The position numbers were made by a program, and so were the translations under genes. The notes below the pieces were generated by a model that saw nothing but the letters and a program-made list of their open reading frames with translations, was not told where the DNA came from and did not search any database. Below, piece after piece: positions 49,293-58,900 of a stretch of DNA of 64,000 bases; the first letter of the stretch is position 1; the number at the start of each line of letters is the position of its first letter. The DNA is from Chloroflexota bacterium (GTDB taxonomy: Bacteria > Chloroflexota > Dehalococcoidia > Lucifugimonadales > Australimonadaceae), in assembly GCA_028874795.1 (NCBI GenBank), contig JAPPHT010000020.1:472-64471 (forward strand). The letters are read 5' to 3'.

Positions 49293-49351
49293 TTGTCATT
49301 CCGAGCGGAGCCGTCGGCGGAAGCCGATGGCGGAGTCGAGGAATCTCTCGG
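49293..49351. repeat. unit F palindromic repeat
   Basis: TTGTCATTCCGAGCGGAGCCGTCGGCGGAAGCCGATGGCGGAGTCGAGGAATCTCTCGG. Confidence 0.8.
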
Positions 49352-49432
49352 TGACGCGCCGGGATCGGTGACACGCGGCGGTCGTTGGGGCGGAGGCCCG
49401 TTGCTATAATCGCCGCGCACGGAGGAGAGTCG

Positions 49433-49792
49433 ATGAGTTCACCGGACCGCATGGAGATGCACGCCAGGGCAATAGCCAACCTCGTCCAGGCGATGGACCG
49501 GATGGAGGCGGGGCAGCAGGCACAGGACGAACGTCTACAGGCACTCGAAGACCGTTCGCGGGCGCTCGAGGAGTGGCGGCAGTTGCACGAAGATTGGCGG
49601 CGGGCGCATGAAGAGTGGGTACGAGTGCACGAAGATCGGATGCGAGGAAGCGAAGAATGGATGGACGCGCATAACCAGTGGGCGCGGGGCGCCCAGGCGG
49701 ACAGCAGGGAGAACCGGGCCCGCATCAGGGAGATCATCACCGAGCTCACAAATATCCAGGCCGATATCGCCCGGTTGGACGCGGCATCGTGA
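49433..49792 (+). CDS. coiled-coil protein with Trp-containing heptad repeats
   Basis: GGAGGAG upstream of the ATG at 49433, then LEEWRQLHEDWRRAHEEWVRVHEDRMRGSEEWMDAHNQW. Its stop overlaps the GTG start of the next gene. Confidence 0.45.
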   Translation: MSSPDRMEMHARAIANLVQAMDRMEAGQQAQDERLQALEDRSRALEEWRQLHEDWRRAHEEWVRVHEDRMRGSEEWMDAHNQWARGAQADSRENRARIREIITELTNIQADIARLDAAS

Positions 49793-50793
49793 AGTTCGGA
49801 CTCTCCCTCTCAGGCCTCCTCCAGCACTCCGGTGACGGCGACATGGTGCAGCGGTTCGCGGACGTCCTCCATCTCGTGCGCGTCGGACGCGAGCTCGGAT
49901 TCGACTACGTCTACGCGGGGCAACACTACCTCTCGCACCCGTTCCAGATGCTGCAGCCGCTCATCGCGCTCGCCCGCATCAGCGCCGAGACCGAGGGCAT
50001 GGACATGCTCTCGACGGTCCTCATCCCGCTGCAGAACCCGGTGCAGATGGCCGAAGACGTTGCAACGCTCGACGTGCTCACGAACGGCCACGTCATCATC
50101 AACGCGGCGCTCGGCTACCGCGACGAGGAGTACGAGGCGTTCGGCGTCACGCACGAGGACCGCATCGCGCGGATGTTCGAGAACCTGCGCCTCGCACGGG
50201 AGCTCTGGGCCGGAGGCGAAGTGACGTTCGAGGGACGCTTCACGAAGGTCACCGGCGTGCACATCGGCATACGCCCCATCCAGCAGCCGCATCCGCGCAT
50301 CTGGATCGCCGCCAACGGCGACGGCATGGTGCGGCGCATCGCCCGCAACGGCGAGACGTGGTACCTCAACCCGCACGCGCCGTTCGACACGCTGGCGCGA
50401 CAGGTGGAGCTGTACAAGGCAGTGCGCGCGGAGCACGGCCACCCGCCCGTAGACACACTCCCGATGTCGCGCGAGACGTTCGTCGCGCCGACGCGGGAGC
50501 AGGCCATCGCCACCGCGCGCCCCTTCCTCGAGGGCAAGTATCAGGCCTACGCCGCGTGGGGACAGGACAAGGCGCTGCCCGGCGAGGAGGACTTCACTGC
50601 GCCGTTCGAAGAGCTGGCCGCGGGCCGCTTCATCGTCGGCAGCCCGGACGACGTCACCGCCGACCTGCAGCGTTTCGCCGACATCGGCGTCACGCACGCG
50701 TCGCTGCGCTTCGGGTGGCCCGGCACGCCGCGCGAGGTCGTCGAGGGCGCGATACGCCTCGCGGCGGCAGAGGTGCTGCCCGCGCTGCGGTAG
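49789..50793 (+). CDS. LLM-class flavin-dependent oxidoreductase
   Basis: VKFGLSL...FDYVYAGQHY...RIWIAANG layout. GTG at 49789 (GTGA overlap). Confidence 0.8.
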   Translation: MKFGLSLSGLLQHSGDGDMVQRFADVLHLVRVGRELGFDYVYAGQHYLSHPFQMLQPLIALARISAETEGMDMLSTVLIPLQNPVQMAEDVATLDVLTNGHVIINAALGYRDEEYEAFGVTHEDRIARMFENLRLARELWAGGEVTFEGRFTKVTGVHIGIRPIQQPHPRIWIAANGDGMVRRIARNGETWYLNPHAPFDTLARQVELYKAVRAEHGHPPVDTLPMSRETFVAPTREQAIATARPFLEGKYQAYAAWGQDKALPGEEDFTAPFEELAAGRFIVGSPDDVTADLQRFADIGVTHASLRFGWPGTPREVVEGAIRLAAAEVLPALR

Positions 50794-50808
50794 ACGTCAG
50801 ATTCCGAC

Positions 50809-51177
50809 ATGGAGATCAGTACGCAGGACCGGCAACACCTGCAACGACTCGAAGAAGGTCTCTGGCGGACCGAGACTCGCTTTGACCGGGCGTGGATGGA
50901 ACGTGTACTCGCGCCGGGCTTCTTCGAGTTCGGCAGGTCGGGCCGCGCCTACAGCCGGGAGGAGACGCTGGCCATCCCGGCGCGGCCCATCGATGCGAGG
51001 TTCCCACTCACGAACTTCGACACCCGCCTGCTGGGCCCGGACGTCGTGCAGGCGACCTACACCAGCATCGAGACGTACGACGGCGAGGAGCAGGTCGCGA
51101 ACCGCAGCTCGATCTGGCTGCGGACCGGGGACGGCTGGCGGCTGCTGTTCCACCAGGCGACGCCCATCCCCGACTAG
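50809..51177 (+). CDS. NTF2-like (DUF4440/SnoaL-like) protein
   Basis: 122 aa, ...APGFFEFGRSGRAYSREE...SSIWLRTGDGWRLLFHQATP, typical of DUF4440. Confidence 0.55.
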   Translation: MEISTQDRQHLQRLEEGLWRTETRFDRAWMERVLAPGFFEFGRSGRAYSREETLAIPARPIDARFPLTNFDTRLLGPDVVQATYTSIETYDGEEQVANRSSIWLRTGDGWRLLFHQATPIPD

Positions 51178-51606
51178 CTCCACTCTCCACGCGGTAGGCA
51201 GCCATCCCACCGAACCGCGCCCACTCCCGCTCATGGTGAACCAGAGGCTACCGTATTGCGAACTTTCGAGTGGGAGGTGGCGTTGTAAAAGATGCTCAAA
51301 GGGCCACAAGGCAACTGGCTACCGGTGGGGATACGCTCAACTTCCTTGCCACCGGGCAACGTTCAATCCGCAAACGCTCCGTCGTAGTCTTCTTCGCTCC
51401 TTGCGTAGCCTCCGTCACGGGCTCTTCTTTATGGTGCTGCGTACCTCTCGACGCAACGGTGTGTTCCTGCGCTGCTCTTTCAGACAGCGATAGCGGACTT
51501 CCGTAAGAACATCTTGACGTGCTGTCGAGGCTGTTCCCGCAGGCTTTGGCACCGTGTGCAGCGACGGGTCTGGTGAAGCTGGGTCCGCTGATCGGATTCG
51601 ACGGTC

Positions 51607-52266
51607 TCAGTACCAACCTAGCGGCTTGGAGAAAAGTCCTTGTGCGTCAGTGAGCTGGTCGGGGAACTGACACCTCCGCAGCAGAGAGGTGTTGATCCTG
51701 TCAATCATCCGTGTGGAGGCGCGCCTCATCTCCCAGACTCCTTGCCTGGCCCTACGCTGCGGGTTGATGACGATGACCGGTTTCCTAAACTCGTCCCGGA
51801 CAATTCTGACAGGCAACGCAAGATCAGAGTCGTTCGAAACGACCACTGCCTGTTCGTAGTCTCCCCTGAAGCAATCGAGTAGGAGGTAAGCGGCAATGTT
51901 GACGTCCGTGCCCTTCTCCTCGTCCTTGATGATTTCCTCCATAAGCGGCAGAGCACCCGGTCCAGCCCCTTGAGCATACCGATACGGGTAGATGGGGTAC
52001 TTGCCCCGCCGGGCTTTGAATTGCCCCTCGATAATCTCCAGCACCGGCAGCGTACGGAGCGCGCGCAAATAAAATTCTTGGCGGTCTGGCGCATCCGGGT
52101 CATGGGGACGCGCCTTAACACGCGCTGTGAAGTACCGTATCCGATTGATCGACGCTGTGGGGAGCAGCGCTTGTACAAGCGCTTGGGGGTTCAGCCACTT
52201 GTTGTTGGTCCCCTTGACGGCGCCGTTGTACAGGTTGAGGCCGTCTATGTAGACGTTGGTCTTCAT
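51607..52266 (-). CDS. NYN (LabA/PIN-like) domain protein
   Basis: MKTNVYIDGLNLY...EEKGTDVNIAAYLL...AVVVSNDSDLALPV gives the acidic residues of NYN ribonuclease-like domains. Confidence 0.75.
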   Translation of the reverse strand: MKTNVYIDGLNLYNGAVKGTNNKWLNPQALVQALLPTASINRIRYFTARVKARPHDPDAPDRQEFYLRALRTLPVLEIIEGQFKARRGKYPIYPYRYAQGAGPGALPLMEEIIKDEEKGTDVNIAAYLLLDCFRGDYEQAVVVSNDSDLALPVRIVRDEFRKPVIVINPQRRARQGVWEMRRASTRMIDRINTSLLRRCQFPDQLTDAQGLFSKPLGWY

Positions 52267-52400
52267 TGAGAGCCGTTAACATGCGACGACCGCTCCGTAG
52301 AGCGGTCTCGCTACCCGGTAGCCACAGGCATCCGGGGGGGTCAAGCAATATACTAGTGCAACGTCAGCCGGGCGTCAAGCGCAATCCCTCAGGTAGTGTC

Positions 52401-52475
52401 TCAGTTTGAGGTGAACACCAGCGCGAGGCCAATGATGGCGACCCACGCCGCCAGGACAACCAAGGCTCCTCTCAT
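52401..52475 (-). CDS. 24-aa hydrophobic peptide (MRGALVVLAAWVAIIGLALVFTSN)
   Basis: ATG at 52475 is preceded by GGAGGGAG with 7-nt spacing. It has a single TM-length hydrophobic stretch and a TGA stop at 52401..52403. It is below the ORF-track size cut-off. Confidence 0.3.
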   Translation of the reverse strand: MRGALVVLAAWVAIIGLALVFTSN

Positions 52476-52834
52476 CACGCTCCCTCCGTCAAGCGGAATC
52501 CGAACATTCGTGCTAGGATACCACTACCCACCTTCCAGCGGCCCTATCCGCTCCAGCAGTCCCCTAAGCCTCGGCCGCGTTTGAGGCGTTCGAAGAAGAC
52601 AACTAACGCTGCCGCTGGAAGGAATCCTTGGCGTTGCCACCTCACGGCAGCTCTACTGCCGGCATCGTGTGGGCCTAGCGGGTCCGGCCCATGGCGATGG
52701 CTCGTAGTAGGCGGCGAAATCTGCGGTATCGACTCTTCCCGCCTCACCCCGCAGGCGTGGTATCGTTCCCACAACGCATCGGTTGTTCCGAGGCACCCGG
52801 ACGACCACCATGCTGATACCCGGAGAAGAGCTAC

Positions 52835-55800
52835 ATGGCCGACGAGTCCAACGCCACGAACGACAACATCATGAAGTTCCAAGACCTGCTCCGCGAGCTC
52901 TTCCAGTTCGACTGCGCCGACCTCGACTTCGGCATCTACCGCATAATGAACCACAAACGGGACGCCATCGAGCGGTTCATCACCGAGCAACTCCCTGCCT
53001 CTGTCGCCGCGGAGTTGGACAGCGGACCGTTGGCCCAACAAGCCCAGGCCGCCACTAAGCTCGCCGAAGCAGCACAGAGCATCAGGTCTGTCGCTCCTAA
53101 CGCCATTGGCGATGATGGCGTGCTGGCTGAGCAGTTCCATGACTCCGATGCAGGTCAACAGTACTTGCAGGCTCAGGCTAGGGTGGCCGGCAGCAGTCGC
53201 AGCCGAGGCGCTGCCGAAACCGCAATCTACAACCACCTGTACACCTTCTTCAGCCGTTACTACGACGAGGGAGATTTCATATCCAAGCGCCGCTACTCGC
53301 GCAACCAGCGTTACGCCATCCCTTACAACGGCGAGGAGGTCTACCTGCATTGGGCCAACAGCGACCAGTACTACGTGAAGACAGAAGAGCACTTCCGCAA
53401 CTACGACTGGACGGCCCCGAACGGCGTATCTATACGCTTCCGCCTCCAGATCGTCGACGTCGAGCAGAACAACGTCAAGGGCGACAAGCGCTTCTTCCTT
53501 CCTCTGGTTGACGAAGCCGAGTGGGATGCGGAAGTCGCTATCCTGACAGTCCCCTTCGAATATCGGCCCCTAAGCAGTTTCGAGAAGACTCGTTACGGCA
53601 GTCAGGCTCAGGACAGAATCATTGCTAACGCAGTTGAGACTCTACCAAGTTTGCTAGGCCATGCGCCCAACGCGCTTGCGGCACTCATCAGCGAACATCG
53701 CCGGGGCGCCAATGGCGAATCTGTCTCCAATCTACAGCACCACCTGGTGCGCTACACGCGCCGCAACAACTCCGACTTCTTCATTCACAAGGATCTCGCC
53801 GGGTTCCTCAACCGTGAGCTGGACTTCTACCTGAAGAACGAGGTGCTCAGCCTCGACGAGGTCGCCAACGCCGGAGAGAACATGGCGGACGGCTGGTTCC
53901 AGCAGTTGCGTCTCATCAAGGCTGTCGGCGGCAAGGTCATCGACTTCCTCGCCCAGATCGAGGACTTCCAGAAGATGCTCTGGGAGAAGCGCAAGTTCGT
54001 CACGGAGACGCAGTACTGCATCACTTTGGGGAACATCGACGCTGCCTTCTACCCGGAGGTTCTCACCAACGACATGCAATGGGAGGAGTGGCAGGAGCTG
54101 TTCAGCATCGACGGCAACGACCGGAGTGTGGCGTTCCTGCAGACCAACCCCACCCTCGTGCTGGACACCAAGCACTACAGTGCCGATTTCGCCGAGCGTT
54201 TGCTTGCGTCTTTTGCTTATTTGGACGGGATGACCGATGGAGTATTGATACACAGTGAGAACTGGCAAGCTTTAGGACTAACTGCTGAGAAATATGCTAA
54301 CAGTGTCCAGTGTGTTTATCTCGACCCTCCATACAATTCGAAGACCTCGGAAATCCTCTACAAGAATGACTACCGGCATTCCTCATGGCTTTCACTCATC
54401 GACAACCGCATAACCATCAGCAGTCATTATACAACTGCTACCGGCTCACATATTGTGGCAATCGACGAAAACGAACAAATCTTCTTAGGTCAGTTGCTCG
54501 CCTACCGATTTCCAGGCAATAACAACGTTTGTGTTAGCATTATCCATAACAAGAAAGGAATTCAAGGGGATCATTTATCCTACAATCATGATTTTGCGTA
54601 CTTTAGCATTCCAAAGGCACTCAAATCAACGCATGGACGGCCAATCATGGAAGATGATTGGGAGTACATCCAACTCAGAAAATGGGGGCGTGAATCAGAA
54701 CGATTTACCGCCAAGAACTGTTTCTTTCCAATCTTTGTACAAGACGGAGAATTAGTGGGCTTTGGAGACGTGTGCTAAGACACCTTCCACCCCGATATGT
54801 CTAATATCAGTCGCACAGACGGAAGTATTGCAGTTTATCCGGTGGATCCTGCGGGCATAGAGCGCAAATGGCGATATGCGAGAAACTCCATAGAGAGGAT
54901 AACTCATTTGCTGAAGGCTCACACTACAAGGCATGGAGAAGTGCAGATTCTGAAGGCAAATGAAGAGAAACAGGCGAAGACTGTTTGGGATGATTCGAGA
55001 TAGATTGCAGGCGATTATGGAACACGATGGCTTTCTAACCTTGGATTGAAAATACAGGACAATCTCTACCCCAAATCCGTCTACACGGTACAAGACTCCA
55101 TACGTTTGGTTTCGGAGAACGATTCTCTGACGATGGACTACTTCGCAGGATCCGGTACTACAGGCCACGCCGTGATCAACCTGAACCGTGAAGACGGAGG
55201 CGAACGCAAATTTATCCTTGTGGAAATGGGCGAATACTTCGATACGGTGCTGTTGCCCCGCATCAAGAAAGTGACTTTTTCCCCAGAATGGAAAGATGGG
55301 AAGCCTCAACGCGAAGCCACGCAAGAGGAGGCCGAACGATCGCCCCGTATCGTGAAATACATCCGCTTGGAGTCCTACGAAGATGCATTGGACAGCATAG
55401 AGTTTGACTCCGCCGCGGGGCAGATGCGGCTGGCAGAGGAGTCGGACGAATACCTGATTAAATACATGCTGCGGTGGGAGACGAAAGCGAGCGAAACACT
55501 GCTGAACACAGCCAAACTGACCAGGCCCTTTGCCTACCGGCTTCGGGTTCACGCCAACGGAGAGAAGCGGGAGCGGACGGTCGACGTGCCGGAGACGTTC
55601 AACTACCTCCTGGGGCTGCATGTCCGCAGGCGCCAGACGTACGACGACAATGGGCGACGCTACTTGGTATACCGTGGCGAAACTCGCGCCGAACCGGGGC
55701 GGGAGGTCGCGGTCGTGTGGCGGGAGACCGAAGGATGGTCGGAGGGCGACTTCGACCGGGACCGCCGGTTCGTTGCGGCAAGGGGAATGACTTGGGACGC

Positions 55801-55900
55801 GGACACCGTGTACATGAACGGAGGCTCCTCGATCCCGAACACCAAGGCGATCGAACCGCTGTTCGAGGCGCGCATGTTCGCGGCTGTGAGTGCGGTGTAG
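52835..55900 (+). pseudogene. Type III-like DNA methyltransferase (Mod, beta-class N6/N4) with two in-frame stops
   Basis: ORFs 52835..54778, 54797..55003 and 55046..55900 share one frame. TAA lies at 54776..54778 and TAG at 55001..55003. DPPYN (about 54323) is in the first part and DYFAGSGTTGHAV (about 55135) in the third. N-terminal DLDFGIYRIMN region. Confidence 0.7.
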
Positions 55901-55917
55901 CCGGGAGAGAGTCGCGG

Positions 55918-58900
55918 ATGCCGCCACGCAAGCCACCTACTTCCGGCCTCGGTTACGCTCGCTTGGAGCAACAATTGGTGCTCCTTGGCTGGCTACACCG
56001 GCAGCTGGGCTATTCCAGTACTCCTGAATTGCTGGCCGAACTCAAGTCTACGAACGAGGGGTTCGATGCGGACGGACGTAGTGACCTCCACGTCCGGTTG
56101 ACCACGCGATCAGAACGCCTACAAGGCGTGACTACTGACGACTTGGAGCGTTACAACGACAACATCCGTGGGTACTTGGGAGCGATGAACGCAGGCCGGT
56201 CTGAACCGATCACGCTGCGCTACTTCCAGTACCTCGCCGCGCTGTACGCCGAAATATACCTCGACCGCTACTACAGCGACCGCGACGCGCTCCTGCGCTC
56301 GCTGAACGAATTCGTTGACCGATCCGCCGGATGGTACGAACCGTTCCAAGGGGGAGACCTCTCCAAGCTGGCGTTCTGGATGGCCACGGGCAGCGGCAAG
56401 ACGCTGCTGCTGCACCTGAACTACCGACAGTTTCTCCACTACAACCGGAGATACGGTGGAGCACCCTTGGACAACATTCTGTTAATCACGCCCAACGAGG
56501 GGCTGAGCCAGCAGCACATCGGCGAACTAGAGGCGTCTAACATCTCAGCCTCGCGGTTCAACCTCAACGAACCCGGAGGGCTGCTCGGTGGAGACGGAAC
56601 GGTCAAAGTCACTGAGGTCACCAAACTCGTGATGAACAAGCGGGGCGAGGGCGAGAGCGTTCCAGTGGAAGCCTTCGAGGGGAACAACCTGATCTTCGTG
56701 GACGAGGGACACAAGGGAGCCAGTTCCGAAGCAAAGGCATGGCGGAAGGTGCGTGACGCGCTAGGCGAAACCGGGTTCACGTTCGAGTACAGCGCCACGT
56801 TCGGACAGGCGCTCGCTGCGGCGAAAGACGAGGCATTGCTAAAGGAGTACGGCAAGGCCATCGCCTTCGACTACTCCTACCGCCACTTCCACGCCGACGG
56901 CTACGGTAAGGACTTCCGTATTCTGAATCTCCAACAGGAAACAACGTCGGACCAAACGGACACGCTATTGCTGGCCAACATGCTCGCGTTCTACGAACAG
57001 CAACTGGTTTTTGCGGAATTAGGTGAACTACGCAGCGGTTACAAGCTTGATCGACCACTATGGCTGTTCGTTGGCAACACTGTCCAGAAGAAGGAGAATA
57101 GCGTTTACCAGAGCGACCTGTTCACGGTAATCAGATTCTTGCACAGGGTGCTCTCCGAACCGGCGTGGGCGAGAGAGCGCATAGGAGCATTTCTGCGAGG
57201 GGACTCGGGCTTGCCTGATGCTTCTGACGGAAGGGATATCTTCGCCGATGAGTTTGCGTACCTTCGAAGCAGCGGCAAGGATGCAACCACACTGTATAGC
57301 GACATGTTGGCCGGAGTGTTGCATGTGACAGGAGTAGGCGGATTGCACGTAGTTGAAATGAAAGGCTGCGAGGGGGAATTGGGGCTTAGATCTGCTGGTA
57401 GCGACGAATACTTCGGTGTTCTCTACATAGGCGACACTGCTTCATTCAAAGAGATGGTAAGGCAGAATGATGGCGGCATAGTGGTCGAAGATGACGCCTT
57501 GCACGGTTCTCTGTTCAATCGCATCAACGACCATGGCTCCACTGTAGAAGTGCTGGCGGGATCCCGAAAGTTCATGGAGGGCTGGAACTCGTGGCGGGTA
57601 TCCAACATGGGGCTGCTGAACATCGGCCACGGCGAAGGATCCCAGATCATCCAGCTGTTCGGGCGCGGCGTCCGCTTGCGAGGGCGGAACATGACGCTGA
57701 AGCGCAGCGCTGCGTTGCCGGGCGAGGCGCACCCCAAGGGTATCGGGCTCTTGGAAACCCTGAACATCTTCGCTCTTCGCGCCGACTACATGGGCCGCTT
57801 CCGGGATTATCTGGAGAACGAGGGCATAGAAGAGACGATAACACTCCCGCTGCCCATACAGACCAATGAAGACTTCCTGAAGCAGGGCCTGGTTATTCCC
57901 CGCCTAGAGCAGGGCGCCCGCTTCGATGAGTCCGTCCTTCTGAGATACGACAGCGGCGTTCGGCCGGTGTCGGTAGATCTGTCGGCGCGGGTGCAGGTGA
58001 TATCCAGTGGAGAGTCCGGCGTCGCCGTTGCCAGCGCACAGTCCGGCGGTGCGGTGCAGGTGCCGAGCGAGAGCCTGGACCTCGTTGACTGGGAGCGTGT
58101 GTATCTGGACCTGCTGGCGCACAAGGAAACGAGAGGCTACGGAAACCTCATCATACAACCTATCCGGTTGCGGGAGATACTGGAAGCCGGAGAGCAGGTG
58201 TACGAACTGACCGCCGACGAATCCCTGAGGAAACCGAGCAGCCGTGCCGACCAAGAGCGGTTGCAGGACGCGGTAGCGAGCATTCTGCGGAAGTACGCCG
58301 ACCGGCTCTACGCACGCCGCCAATCGGCTTGGGAGTCGCGGAACCTCATCTACAAGGAGTTGGACGACACCGACGAGAACTTCTTGGTAGTCATGGACGA
58401 TGAGGGCAAGGCGTATACGATTGAGGCACCGCGCAGTGAGCCGACCCTGCTCAGGGATATCCGGCGCCTGATCAACGATGTCAGCAGACTCTACGACGCA
58501 GGGGGAGAACCATTGCCGCGCATACACTTCGACCGGCATCTCTACCAGCCGTTGCTCGTCGAGCCTCAGCGGAAGGGGGTAAAGGTCTTGCCGCCTGCAC
58601 TGCAGGAGAGCGAGCGGAAGTTCGTTGATGACCTACGGGAGTTCTGTGGCGACGAACCGCGTAAGCTGCCGGACGGGGTCGAGCTATTCCTGCTGCGCAA
58701 CCTAACCCGAGGAAGGGGCGTGGGCTTCTTCGAAATGAACTGGTTCTACCCTGACTTCATCCTCTGGGTAAAGAGAGCCGATGGGCAGCGCATCGTGTTC
58801 GTGGAGCCCCACGGCATGGTGCATGCGTATGCTTATGAGCAGGACGAAAAGGCACAGCTGCACGAACGGTTGCCTGCACTGGCGAATGCGATAGCGCAAC

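Noticed and set aside
51240-51340. A possible fourth partial copy of the conserved intergenic element (shares AAGATGCTCAAA and AACTTT..GA with copy 2).
   Set aside because: Only short word matches are present, without the conserved block order or spacing. This is compatible with chance.
54776-55003. Stop-codon reassignment or pyrrolysine as an explanation for the TAA and TAG inside Mod.
   Set aside because: TAA, TAG and TGA all terminate well-defined neighbouring genes (for example TAG for uvrA, rel and Res, TAA for the GIY-YIG-like gene, and TGA for prfA and lysA). No Pyl-related genes are seen. Nonsense mutation or assembly error is simpler.
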